Positions 12,664 through 23,684 of a DNA stretch of 64,000 nucleotides are shown piece by piece (the stretch's first letter is position 1; the number at the start of each line of letters is the position of its first letter). The position numbers and the translations under genes are program-made. Under the pieces are notes generated by a model, which was not told the DNA's origin, did no database searches, and worked only from the letters and a program-made list of their open reading frames with translations. The DNA comes from Octopus sinensis (taxonomy: Eukaryota), in NCBI RefSeq assembly GCF_006345805.1, contig NC_043010.1, positions 62,620,001 through 62,684,000 on the forward strand, read 5' to 3'.

Positions 12664-13117
12664 CATTATCATCATCAGCATCATCTTTTAATGTCTGTGT
12701 TCTAGGTTGGTCAGTTCAACTGGATCTGAAACGTCTGAGTTCCTTTATCTGCTCTGGCATGGGGTTTTATGGCTGGATACCCTTTCTAATGCCAACCCCT
12801 TTACAGTATGTCCTGGGTGTCTTTTTGTGGCACCAGCACTACTGATGTTGCCGTGCAGCATTCAATATAAAGATCTTCCATCCATTCCATTGGGTGGGGC
12901 CACAGTAGAGAGGTAGGTGTCTTTATGCTAGAAGCATGAGAGACAGGGCCAGAACTACAGGTTTCTTGCTATTACGGGGCTTATTGGGTGAAAAGCTCTG
13001 TTGTTTGTTTGTGCCTGTATATATATATACACACACACATACATACATGCATGCATTCACCTGCATTGTGCTTCCAGAACCAGTTTTGCCAAGATAGACG
13101 GGTTGTCTCAAGAACTA

Positions 13118-13305
13118 CATCATCATCATCTTCATCATCATCATCATTTAATGTCTGTTTTCCATGCTAGCATGGGTTGGACAGTTCGACTGGGGTCCGG
13201 GAAGCCAGGAGTCTGCACCAGGCTCCAGTCTGATCTGGCAGTGTTTCTACAGCTGGATGCCCTTCCTGATGCCAACCACTCCATGAGTGTAGTGGGTGCT
13301 TTTGC
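13118..13305 (-). mobile_element. RTE 3' end (family B)
   Basis: (CAT)n followed by the family-B tail on the minus strand. A further degenerate copy lies at 12675-12845. Confidence 0.8.
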
Positions 13306-13329
13306 TAGTAATTCCTGTCCTTTGTCAAG

Positions 13330-13700
13330 TTTCCCATGAGGTTCAAGGTCCTTAGATCAGCGTTCACTCCTTCATCTCATGTCATCCTGTGTCTCCATCT
13401 TCTGCAAGCTCCATCCACATCTAGTGGGCATCCCCATCCATACGCATCACATCTCCTCTGTTGTTCGCTACATCCGATTCCTCTTGCGCCTGGCTTTCCT
13501 CAATGCACATTCGCACTGTCGTTCATGCATGACTAAATTGCACGTTCAACAGAGCATGCTCTCTCCATTTCTTTCCAGTCTTCTCCATTCAAGGCCCATG
13601 TCTCACTACCATGCAGCATTACAGTTCTAACACAAGCCTCATACAATCTCCCCTTCACTGTCGGAGAAAAGACCTTTCTTCTCAGCAGCAGTAGAAGCTG
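13330..13700 (-). pseudogene. RTE LINE ORF C-terminal remnant
   Basis: The minus strand translates to GRLYEACVRTVMLHGSETWAL, with stops downstream. Confidence 0.85.
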
Positions 13701-13782
13701 TGTTTCTATTCACGTGTTTTTCTTATTTATCATCATCATCATCATCATCGTGTAGCTGAGAAATTATTTATTATCTGCGATG

Positions 13783-13813
<31 letters not shown>

Positions 13814-13914
13814 CTTATTACTCTATTAACCCCAAGGTTTATTTATGCCAGGTTGTTGACCCACTGATTTTATGCAAATGAGCTGGGTCAATTGCAATGT
13901 TGTTCATATACCCT

Positions 13915-14009
13915 TCTACTTGTTTCAGTCATTTGACAGTAGCCATACTGGAGCACCGCCTTTAGTCGAAAAAATCGACCCCAGGACTTCACACATACAC
14001 ATACATACA

Positions 14010-14043
<34 letters not shown>

Positions 14044-14054
14044 CACACACACAT

Positions 14055-14104
<50 letters not shown>

Positions 14105-14265
14105 GATGGGTTTCTTTCAGTTTCCGTCTACCAAATCCACTCAGAAGGCTTTGGCCGGCCTGAGGATATAGTAGAAGACACTTGCCCAAGGTGCCATGCA
14201 GTGGGACTGAACTTGGAGCCATGTGGTTGAGAAGCCAGCTTCCTACCACACAGCCACGCCTGTAC
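13915..14265 (-). mobile_element. SINE family A
   Basis: All modules present. Confidence 0.85.
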
Positions 14266-14515
14266 CAATATGCATATTCTCTCTCCCTCACACACACACA
14301 TTCTGAGAGATAGAAAAAGAGAGAGATAGAGATCAGATTCAATGTTATCTCTCTGAATGAAAGCCATCATCATCATCATCATCATCATGCCTACAACCTC
14401 CTTTGATCATAGATCTGCTGAATCAATGCTGACTTGGGCTAAACAGCAACAACAACAACAACAACAATTTGTTCCTACTGAGCTACGGAATACAATTCTA
14501 TATTTAAGAAATGAG

Positions 14516-14680
14516 GAATTATTTACGCTATTTACATTATTTACATTTGACAAATATTTGTCCTCATCTTGTTTGTTGTTACCACTAACATTTCGGCTGA
14601 TATACGCTCCATCCTTCATCACGTGTCTTGGGGAAATTTCGAACCTGGGTTCTCATTACTAAGGTAATTTTCGATGTTGT
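14516..14680 (-). mobile_element. Inverted, degenerate copy of the hammerhead-bearing Penelope-type module
   Basis: Reverse complement of about 15141-15297. The core is mutated to GUGAUGA...GAAAU. Confidence 0.8.
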
Positions 14681-14748
14681 TGTATGGCATAGTGGTTAAG
14701 AGTGTGGGCTACTCACCCCAAAATTCTGAGTTCAGTTCCAGGCAGTGA

Positions 14749-14798
<50 letters not shown>

Positions 14799-15106
14799 GG
14801 GATTCTTTGGGGGTTTGAATAATTCACCTCTGGAAACATGGGTGTTTCGTTCAACATCCTTAAACAACCCTTATTCAGGGACCTCTTGAGCGGGATGGGT
14901 TACTTGACCAGAAGAAAATTCTAACTGGGCCCCACCTGCAAGGTCATACATTGTTTATCTTGATATGAGATTCCCATGTTGCGCACATAAGGTTGTGATG
15001 CATGTGCCTAGTGTAACCATATCAGACGGGTAGTCATGATGAGTATACTGGGCTTTGTATATTTTACCCCAGTGTCACTTTGATGGCATGCACTGCTCTC
15101 TCACTC

Positions 15107-15144
<38 letters not shown>

Positions 15145-15149
15145 CAACA
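14680..15149 (+). mobile_element. tRNA-derived SINE with (AAT)n tracts
   Basis: TGGCATAGTGG head, B-box-like GAGTTCAGTTCC, internal and terminal (AAT)n. Confidence 0.6.
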
Positions 15150-15196
15150 TTGAAAAATACCTTAGGAATGAGAACCCAGGTTCGAAATTTCCCCAA

Positions 15197-15242
15197 GACA
15201 CCTGATGAAGGCTGGAGGGTATATCAGCCGAAACGTTGTGTT
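15197..15242 (+). ncRNA. Minimal type I hammerhead ribozyme (Penelope-type)
   Basis: GACAC-CUGAUGA-A-GGCUG(GAGGGUAUAU)CAGCC-GAAAC-GU-U-GUGUU. Stem I 5 bp, stem II 5 bp, palindromic stem III (AACGUU). Predicted cut after 15237. Confidence 0.8.
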
Positions 15243-15570
15243 AACAGCAAACAAGATGAGGACAAATATCCGTCAAATGTAAATAACGTAAATAATGAGT
15301 TAGGGAAGCTTCACAGTGAAATGAATGTGATGGTACCTGGGACACTGGACCTTTCCCGTACACCTGTCCCTAGGCAGGAGGGTCCTTAAATAAATGAGAT
15401 CTGAGCACCTGCTACACTCTAGCTATACAAGCATTAGAATACCATTCCTTAGCTTCTACAATACCGTTTCAACCCCCTCCAGACATTTTCAGAAGTTTGT
15501 CCACGCTTCTTTTCAATCTTTTAGTTTGTCCTTTTGTCATACGTTTTCATAACATAAAACTTGGCTTTCA

Positions 15571-15958
15571 TAGGTGCAGGAGTGGCTGTGGTAAGAAGCT
15601 TGCTTACAAACCACATGGTTCCGGGTTCAGTCCCACTGCGCAGCACCTTGGGCAAGTGTCTTCTAATATAGCATCGGGCTGACCAAAGCCTTGTGAGTGG
15701 ATTTGGTAGACGGAAACTGAAAGAAGCTCGCCGTATATGTGTGTTTGTGTGTGTGTGTCTGTGTTTGTACCCTCCTCTCCCCAACGTCGCTTGACAACCA
15801 ATGCTGGTGTGTTTACGTCCCCATAACTTAGTGGTCCAAAAGAGACCGATAGAATAAGTACTAGGCTTACAAAGAATATGTCCTGGGATCGATTTGCTCG
15901 ACTAAAGGCGGTGCTCCAGCATGACCGCAGTCAAATGACTGAAACAAGTAAAAGAGAG
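15571..15958 (+). mobile_element. SINE family A, full length
   Basis: All modules present. Confidence 0.9.
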
Positions 15959-15974
15959 TTATTTATTCGTACAT

Positions 15975-16275
15975 ATAGCTGCAACCTAGGGTAAGGAAGT
16001 TGTACTCACGATCGCGTGATCGGGGTTTCAAACCCTGGACCGGGTGCTGCGTTGCGTTCTTGAGCAAGACACTTCATCTCTGACGCTGCCTTGCGATTAT
16101 TTCAGCATCTGATGTGCGCTGCACTGAGCACCTGTACAAACAATGTCGATTCGATGAAAGGAATGAACTAATGGGCGCACAAACCTCTGATCCCTGTTAA
16201 CAAATCATGCGTGCAAGGGGTCGTTCAGCAAAAAATTGCAGAGCCGTCTTTTTGGGACGACGAGAGACTCCCATT
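15975..16275 (+). mobile_element. tRNA-derived SINE, diverged
   Basis: tRNA-like head plus the TTCTTGAGCAAGACACTT block. Confidence 0.6.
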
Positions 16276-16401
16276 ATAGACTTTCATTATTCAGCGGCAT
16301 CTACACCAACCCCAATAACACTATACAGCTAACAAAATAGCACTCTGTAGCCACTACTATACCACTATAAAAGCACTACGATACCACTCTATAGCTACCA
16401 C

Positions 16402-16557
16402 TAGGGTCGGCCCTAGGGTTGCTGGCAACCCCGGCAAGCTGTGCTTCGGCGCCTTTACAAGTATATTTTTTTTAAAAGCTATCATAAGGAGAAAAACTGA
16501 TAAATACGTGGGGTTCCCGGTGACTGCCCGAGTTGCCGCTACCTTGAGCCGGCCCTT
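16402..16557. mobile_element. hAT MITE
   Basis: TAGGGTCGGCCC / GAGCCGGCCCTT termini and an exact 8-bp TSD GCTACCAC (16394-16401 and 16558-16565). Confidence 0.85.
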
Positions 16558-16615
16558 GCTACCACCGTATATAAACAATACCACCGTATAGCCACGGCAC
16601 TACCACTAAATAGAG

Positions 16616-16801
16616 CAGTGATTCTCAACCTTTTTTAATATAAGGGTCAGACCCAAAACCTGGGGGGTTTTTTTAGGGGTCCACACACACAAAAAAAAAA
16701 AAGGACGCAAGTCAATTAAAGAAAAATTGAATATATTTATAGTGGGAAGACCACCGAGGGTCGTCAGAAGGATGCTTGAGGGCCGAGGTTGGGAACCGTT
16801 G
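16616..16801. mobile_element. hAT-Charlie-like MITE
   Basis: CAGTGATTCTCAACC / GGTTGGGAACCGTTG terminal inverted repeats. The TSD is degenerate. Confidence 0.7.
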
Positions 16802-17194
16802 GTATAAACTCCACAACAACGATACTTAAAAACAATTCCCATTCCACGATGTAAACATTTCAGAGAGCTGAAATGTGGCTGGCTTTAAAAATGCACGACA
16901 TGTAGGAGGGGAGATAACTCGTTGTGTAAAGAATTACTACCCTTGATTTTATTTGGCTGATTCTTACGAAACACATTTTCGACAAATGTCTGGTTGAACA
17001 CACCAAACATTCGTACATCTTTGGTTCAAATAAAAATGCGTATATCTGCCCAGAGGCTGTGTCAGGGCAGGGGAAAGATGTAGAAAGAAGAGGGCGCTGC
17101 CATAATTTTCTATTGTCAGTTGTTATTGATTACGACGATGATGGTGATACTTGGCCTTCGATACATGGAACGAAACGATTTTAAGGATCAAACC

Positions 17195-17440
17195 GACCAA
17201 GGCCTTATGAGGGGATTTGGTAGAAGGAAAGCGAAAGGCTATCATGTGTGTCTCTGTGTGTCCCACCACCGCTTGACAACCGGTCTTGGTTTGTTTGCAT
17301 CCCCCGTAACCTGGCGGTTTAGCACAAAAAACTGATAGAATAAGCACGAGGCTTAAAAGAAGAAGAACAGAGTTCGATTTATTTGACTAAATGTTATTCA
17401 GGGAGGTGTCCCAGCATGGCCACAGTCAAATTACTAAAAC
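17195..17440 (+). mobile_element. SINE family A, diverged and 5'-truncated
   Basis: Central block and tail. Confidence 0.65.
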
Positions 17441-17468
17441 TGTAGACAATATTTCCCCCGTAGTGACA

Positions 17469-17518
<50 letters not shown>

Positions 17519-17519
17519 C

Positions 17520-17716
17520 TTTTCTACTCTAGGAACAAGGTCTGAAATTTGTGGGGAGGTGGGGGTAGTTGGTTGGATCAACTCTAGTATGCAACTAGTA
17601 CCTAACTTATCAACCCCGAGAGGATGAAAGGCAAAGTTACCCTCAGTGGAATTTGAACTCAGAATATGATGGACGAAATACTGCCAAGTATGCTAACGAT
17701 TCTGTCAGCTTGCCAC
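17520..17716 (-). mobile_element. SINE family C (tRNA-like head plus GCCTTTCATCC..GGGGT.GA block)
   Basis: Same family at about 24085-24304, 25838-26048, 26490-26690 and 40235-40395. Confidence 0.7.
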
Positions 17717-17758
17717 CTTGGTGATGATGATAATAATAACAACAGCAACAACAACAAC

Positions 17759-17797
<39 letters not shown>

Positions 17798-17809
17798 TAG
17801 TAATAATAA

Positions 17810-18160
17810 TAATAATGAAAGTATTGTATACAGTGCTCAGGTGCACCACAACTTGTCGAAAGTGCATATAAAGTATATGCAGTAATGTACAAATGTCTGG
17901 AAAGTGAACAGTGTATGAGTCAGATACATGCTTGTGTGTGTATGGAGGGGAGAAAATCAGGTGTAGTGTTGGCAAATCTCAGAAAGCATGGAAGTTTTGA
18001 AGGATGCAGTGCTCTGACAACTAACAACTGATGATGGCAGTTTGTTCCATGCTTCAGCAACTCTCAGCGTGAAAAAATGTTTCCAAAAGTCATGGGAGCT
18101 GTGCTGTTTTCTGACTTTGTAAACATGCCCACGGGTGGAGTTTGAAAAGGTGCTCAGAGT
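17810..18160 (-). pseudogene. CR1-group LINE ORF2 C-terminus plus 3' UTR
   Basis: RGHVYKV...HFFTLRVAEAWNKLPSSVVSCQSTASFK is a typical CR1/L2 ORF2 end. (AAT)n tail. Confidence 0.8.
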
Positions 18161-19195
18161 TATTGTTTGTAAGATGGTTAATAATTTTATTTTTATTGTC
18201 AAATGTTTTGGTGCGTGACTTTTGGCCCAGCTTCTAAGTGTGTGTGTGTGTGTGTGTGTGTTTGCTGTATATATGTATTCCCGTTTTAATGTAATGTATT
18301 TGTTTCTATTCCAGAAAGATTGCCGTAGTCAGAATATCTGGACAAAAAACACTCTGGGGCCATGTCTGTAGGACCTGGTTTTGGCCACAACAGCCCCTTG
18401 TTATTCCATACCTCGTTACCTTCTTACTTTGCTCTAATTTATCATAACGAACTTTTATATTCAGATTATTTGCAGTAATCGTTACAGATGTGAAGGATTT
18501 CTTCCTCATCGCACTTCTTAAAATGCAAAAGAACTGCAACAACAAGAACAACGACAACCACAAAACCAACAACAACGACAACAACAACAAAAGGTTCCCC
18601 TTATTTTAGATGTGGCTGGACTTTGTGAAAGGAGAGCTAAAATCTGGAAAAGTATTTTGATTCTGTTTGGTAATTCTGAGAACATTCTAGACGAATGTCT
18701 GCTCAAGTTCTCTCTGTTGTTTGACAGAATTGCTGAAAGTTGTTGAAGAGACAGGGAAAGATAAGAATCGGAACTCGGAAGTCATACAGGAAGGTACCGG
18801 TCTTCATCGTTTCGTTATGATTCCTGGTAAATTTATCAGGAGATGAGATGACTTTTCATTTCTGTAAATCACAACATGGGAACCAGTTGCCATGACCCAT
18901 GTGAAAATGTGTTATTATAAATAATATAGAAATAAAATCAAAATTTAACTTGAAGTTACTTACAGGGAAAGCTGAAAGTCTTGTTTAAGGATACAACACA
19001 GCACCAGTAGCTTATCTCTAAGAATCCGAAATAGGGTTCCAGTTATATTTCAATAAAGATTTTACCATTTTTGATAGTGAGAACTTCAAAAATTTTAATA
19101 AATTGGAGAAAAATTTCTTAAATTTTTTTTCTCTTTTAATTGTTTTGGAAAATTTAATTTCCATATTTGTAATTAGGATTTTCAAAGAACAGAAA

Positions 19196-20404
19196 ATGAA
19201 TGAGAAAAATGAATTATCAGAGCAGAGTTGTTCTTTGTTTGGTTCCGCAAACTGTGAGCTGAAGACCATTGACAGCGTGTCCTACAGCAGCATCTTCGAA
19301 CAACACAAATACTTGGCTGACCAACAACCGGACAACAAATGTGTTGACCAGTGTAACTTTAAGACCACTCCAGCCAGCCATACCGATTTCAAACTGGTGC
19401 GCAGTAATCCAGACCCAAGCATAAAAGTGAATCCGCCAACCCCGACCACGCCACGACCACCTCCACCTCCACCTATAATAACAACAACAACAACAGTAGC
19501 AGTAGCGGCCGCGGCAGCAGCAGCAGCAAGACCAACATCGGCAGCAATGACAACCATAACGACAGAAGCGGGCCCAGTTGCAGCAGCAATTAATCTCAAT
19601 GTTAATCAAATTAGTAAAAACAGGAACGGTCTTGATAATAAGGCCAAAAACCTGTCTCAACCCACGAATAAAAAGACTTTTCAGTGCGAGACGTGCTTGA
19701 AACAGTTTGCCCAGAGGCATTACCTGGTCATTCACAGTCGGTCGCACACCGGTGAGAAACCTTTCCAGTGCAGCTTTTGTACGCAGAAGTTTGCACGCCG
19801 CGATACTCTGCAGGTGCATAAACGAACGCACACGGGCGAGAAACCGTTCCACTGCGACCTCTGCCCAAAACAGTTTGCGCAAAAGGACAAAATGCAGATC
19901 CACCGCCGAATCCACACCGGCGAGAAGCCGTACAAGTGTCATGTGTGTTTGAAACCGTTTTCGCAGAAAAGCACACTGCGGGTGCACCTCCGATGCCACT
20001 TCGGAGAGAAACCGTACGCATGTGACATCTGTGCCAAACAGTTTCCTGTACGAGACAAACTCCGGAAACATTCCATTACCCACACCCGAGAGAAGCCTTA
20101 CCCGTGCAACATCTGCCTGCAGAAGTTTGCTCGCAGAGACACGATGGAACGACATAAAAAGAAACACAACAAGAAGGTGTTTGTCTCCAGTACAGCAACA
20201 GCAACAACAACAACAGCAACAACAACGTCAACAGCAGCTGCAGCGGCGGCAGCAGCGGCGGCGGCGGCGGCAGCGGCAGCAGCAACGTCAATAGCAACAA
20301 CAATAACAACTACAAACTCAACCGGTCACACAGTATGCACCACAGCCGGCTCGAACACGCTCCACCGACCTCAGCAAACGCCGGCATGTTGTATGAATTG
20401 GTGA
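19196..20404 (+). CDS. C2H2 zinc-finger transcription factor with six tandem fingers
   Basis: Six C-x2-C-x12-H-x3-H fingers at 19679-20167 joined by TGEKP-type linkers, flanked by Pro/Thr/Ala homopolymers. The ORF is open from 19103; ATG 19196 was chosen as the likelier start, and upstream exons are possible. Confidence 0.93.
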   Translation: MNEKNELSEQSCSLFGSANCELKTIDSVSYSSIFEQHKYLADQQPDNKCVDQCNFKTTPASHTDFKLVRSNPDPSIKVNPPTPTTPRPPPPPPIITTTTTVAVAAAAAAAARPTSAAMTTITTEAGPVAAAINLNVNQISKNRNGLDNKAKNLSQPTNKKTFQCETCLKQFAQRHYLVIHSRSHTGEKPFQCSFCTQKFARRDTLQVHKRTHTGEKPFHCDLCPKQFAQKDKMQIHRRIHTGEKPYKCHVCLKPFSQKSTLRVHLRCHFGEKPYACDICAKQFPVRDKLRKHSITHTREKPYPCNICLQKFARRDTMERHKKKHNKKVFVSSTATATTTTATTTSTAAAAAAAAAAAAAAAAATSIATTITTTNSTGHTVCTTAGSNTLHRPQQTPACCMNW

Positions 20405-20454
20405 GGTGGCCATCTGTGGAAAGGATATACTTCACAAGGCACACAGATATGACT

Positions 20455-20460
20455 AATAAA
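20455..20460 (+). terminator. Polyadenylation signal of the ZNF gene
   Basis: AATAAA 50 nt after the stop, followed by a U/GU-rich tract. Confidence 0.6.
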
Positions 20461-20754
20461 AGATTTAACACATCTATCTTGTTGTTTTTCTTTTTATTTC
20501 TCTTCCTCTTTATTTCCTTCTAAAATATTTCCACTTTCGATGTCTGCAATTATCTTCACCATTCCTCGAAATATTTTTAATGAAACACATTGTCTCCATG
20601 TTGGATTCCTTTATCGCTCTGTTTGAGAGTTTATCCCACTCCATATAAAATCTGTAGCCATGGATCTTGATGGATGTCCTGTCAAACTGTGGAGGGCTGT
20701 AAACCTTAAGCCAGGTCCCGAAATCTTTGTTTTTATGATACAAAATAGGATTTC

Positions 20755-21058
20755 CACTGAAAATACAAAGAGCTTCAACTGGTACCACAAGACATCTCTG
20801 TTGCTATCGTTAGGCCTAACTTATCGTAAAGTCAATACCACCATGACCGATATCCAAACTCCAGTGGAAAAGGCTCACCACTGGATTTGGTTAAAAAGAG
20901 ACGATGAACGATGGCTAGAGAAATATTGACAACCATATATTTAACAACCAGTTGATCTAGCAAGCGGGGCCTCATATCAGTGAGTGGGGGCCGGTGCGCA
21001 TTGATGCCGTCGAGAGATAGGCCCCAAAACGGCGCACATTCTCTCCTGATGACCCTAT
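20755..21058 (+). pseudogene. RLE-type (HERO/R2-group-like) non-LTR retrotransposon C-terminus plus 3' UTR
   Basis: FPLKI...SLLLSLG...VEKAHHWIWLKR resembles the FPVEVG.RGF...AEKASRWLWLKR end of RLE-type elements (recognised from memory; frameshifted). Confidence 0.5.
20966..21058 (+). ncRNA. Permuted hammerhead-like motif 1
   Basis: GCCGU/ACGGC, GUC site, GAGAGA/UCUCUC, GGGGCCU/AGGCCCC and CUGAUGA. G12 reads A, consistent with CpG decay. Confidence 0.55.
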
Positions 21059-21107
21059 ACACTTGCTGGCTTCCGGTATGCAGAGTTTTTGACTGGTAGC
21101 ACTTGCA

Positions 21108-21333
21108 TACTCTCTCTTTTACTCTTTTACTTGTTTCAATCATTTGACTGCGGCCATGCTGGAACACTGACTTTAGTTGAGCAAATTGACCCCGGGACTT
21201 ATTCTTTGTAAGCCCAGTACTTATTCTATCGGTCTCTTTTGCCGAACCGTTAAGTGACGGGGACGCAAACACACTAGCATCAGTTGTCAAGTAATGCTAG
21301 GGGGACAAACACAGACACACAAACATAGACACT

Positions 21334-21381
<48 letters not shown>

Positions 21382-21552
21382 CATACATATATACAACGGG
21401 CTTCTTTCAGTTTCTGTCCATCAAATCCACTCACAAGGCATTGGTCGGCCTGGGGCTATAGCAGAAGACACTTGCCCAAGATGCCACGCAGTGGGACTGA
21501 ACCCGGAACCATGTGATTGGTTAGCAAGCTACTTACCACACAGCCACTCCTG
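21108..21552 (-). mobile_element. SINE family A, young subfamily
   Basis: Near-identical to 59436-59864 and 62728-63142. (GAGTAAAA)n tail. Confidence 0.9.
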
Positions 21553-21634
21553 GAAGTTGTTTGAAAAACATCTCTGATAAGTCCAGTAATCCACTACCTT
21601 GGACTTTTAATATAGCTGTTAATCCCGAGAGGAT

Positions 21635-21972
21635 TAACCCTTTTCATATCAACCTGAAACTTCCCTTGGTTCCCTGATATCAAGTTCTTATTTTCAAGTA
21701 ATTTGAACCTTTTGCTACCAATTTACCCCAAGATTGCCCCTGGTTTTAGGACACAATCTTCCTTTCTTAAGGTGGTCCAAATTAAGCCTTCAGTAGAAAT
21801 ATGGGAACAAAAGGGTTCAAATAATTTAAATTAAAACCTTTCATCAAAATTTTGTGTTAATTAGGTTCCAATCATCAGCTTTAATAATGGTAAAGTTATT
21901 TTAATAAATTCTTCATTATTTTCGAAATTAATTGAAACAAAGGCGGCTGCGTATTCCACAGAAATTTGGTAA
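21635..21972 (-). mobile_element. Diverged piggyBac MITE with a nested ~110-bp inverted-repeat element
   Basis: Similar to the 221-bp MITE unit, interrupted at about 21707-21815 by ACCTTTTG...CAAAAGGGT. Confidence 0.5.
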
Positions 21973-22045
21973 GAAGAGAGTGAGAAGCAATGTTCACCTT
22001 GGTGGGATTTGAACTCAAAATGAAGACATCCAGAACATATAACGT

Positions 22046-22476
22046 TGTAGCGGGTATGATTAGACCAGACTTGAATTAGCCCTGAAAAGGACTGTGGTCG
22101 TAATCAACAAAACTGGACAGACGAAAGCAGTAGTTGAAATGACGAGCAGACAAGAGGTGTAAGTTTATACAGCGATTTATTTCAGGCGTGAAATAGCAGT
22201 ACAAAGGTTCGAGGCGGCGTGAGTGGCGATGTGGCAGGCGAGAGGGATTTACATCCGTCGAGTGCCAAAAAGCCAACTGCCTTTACAGCGATTTATGATG
22301 TCTATTTATACAAAAATATCAGCAGTGATGTTTAGCCAGTGTCCAATAGAATGGCAGGTAGGTAGCTTTTGTCCAATGAAAGGTCAGGCAAGTCGCTGGG
22401 GGTAGTTGCTTTGTTTTCTCTGATGGTGGCAGATGTATTTCCGGTGTCTGTGCAAGTTACTTCCGGTGACTGTACA
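22046..22476 (-). mobile_element. Solo LTR
   Basis: TGTA...TACA ends and a 4-bp TSD ACGT/ATGT. Minus-strand TATAAA (22305-22310) and AATAAA (22176-22181). It interrupts a family-C SINE. Confidence 0.75.
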
Positions 22477-23265
22477 ATGTTAAGAATTTTATTTGAACCC
22501 TTTATGAATGCCAATCCATGGCCCCAACTATGCATTTAACTATGCCCTAATTTTGAAAATAGCCCAGGATTTGCAGAGATTTAGTGAAATAATTAACTTT
22601 AGTCATTAAGTTGGTGTTTGGAAGAACAACAACAACAATAATAATAATAATTTAGCAGTTTTTGAAAAGAGGTGATTAATTAATATGATTGACCCCAGTG
22701 TGTAACTGGTACTTTATTGATTCTACAAGAATGAAAGACAAAGTTTTATCTCAGTCAGATTTGAAATGAGAACATAAAGAACTGCAAGACTCTGTATTTT
22801 GGTCTCTTGCCAATAAGATTTCCACCAAGTTTACAGAATTCTCTTTCTTTCTACAATGCAGATGGCCCAGCAAACATACCTCCCCACCACTGTGAACGCC
22901 TCCATCTTCACTGCCTGCTGTCAATTGGGAGGTGGGGAGCAGTTTGAGAATTGCACAGATCCTGGATTATCCTAATTGCCAAGAATGTCTTCCCATCCTA
23001 ACCGCATTCTCCAGCCCTCATCTTCATACTGAGAGCAATCTTGTACTTGCATCACCTTTCAACAGATTTAACATAAAGTGGCTTCTCCTTATCCTATTTC
23101 TTTATTACCCACAAGGGGCTAAACATAGAGGGGACAAACAAGGACAACATAAATCAGTCTCTCCTTATCCTCACCCTATCTCCATCACCTTCCTTATGAA
23201 ATAGAACTTGAAAAATCCTCTGGTGAGGCAAGTTTTATTCTGATATCTTTTCCTGACATCTCCAT

Positions 23266-23684
23266 TACTCTTTTACTCTTTTACTTGTTTCAGTCATTTG
23301 ACTGTGGCCATGCTGGAGCACCACTTTTAATCGAGCAACTCGAACCCGGGACTTATTCTTTCGAGGACGGACCCAGTACTTATTCTATCGGTCTCTTTTG
23401 CCGAACCGCTAAGTGACGGGGACGTAAACACACCAGCATCGGTTGTCAAGCAATGCTAGGGGACAAACACAGACACACAAACACACACACGCATACACAT
23501 ATATATATACACATATATAAGACGGGCTTCTTTCAGTTTCCGTCTACCAAATCCACTCACAAGGCTTTGGTCGGCCTGAGGCTATAGTAGAAGACACTTA
23601 CCCAAGGTGCCACGCAGTGGGACTGAACCCGGAACCATGCGGTTGGTAGACAAGCTGCTTACCACACAGCCACTCCTGCGCCTA
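23266..23684 (-). mobile_element. SINE family A, full length
   Basis: All modules present, little divergence. Confidence 0.9.

Noticed and set aside
18728-18793. Possible upstream exon of the ZNF gene (AG...GAAG|GTACCG)
   Set aside because: Its open frame does not join the ZNF frame at the acceptors tried (19176, 19192). It could be 5' UTR but cannot be supported without transcripts.
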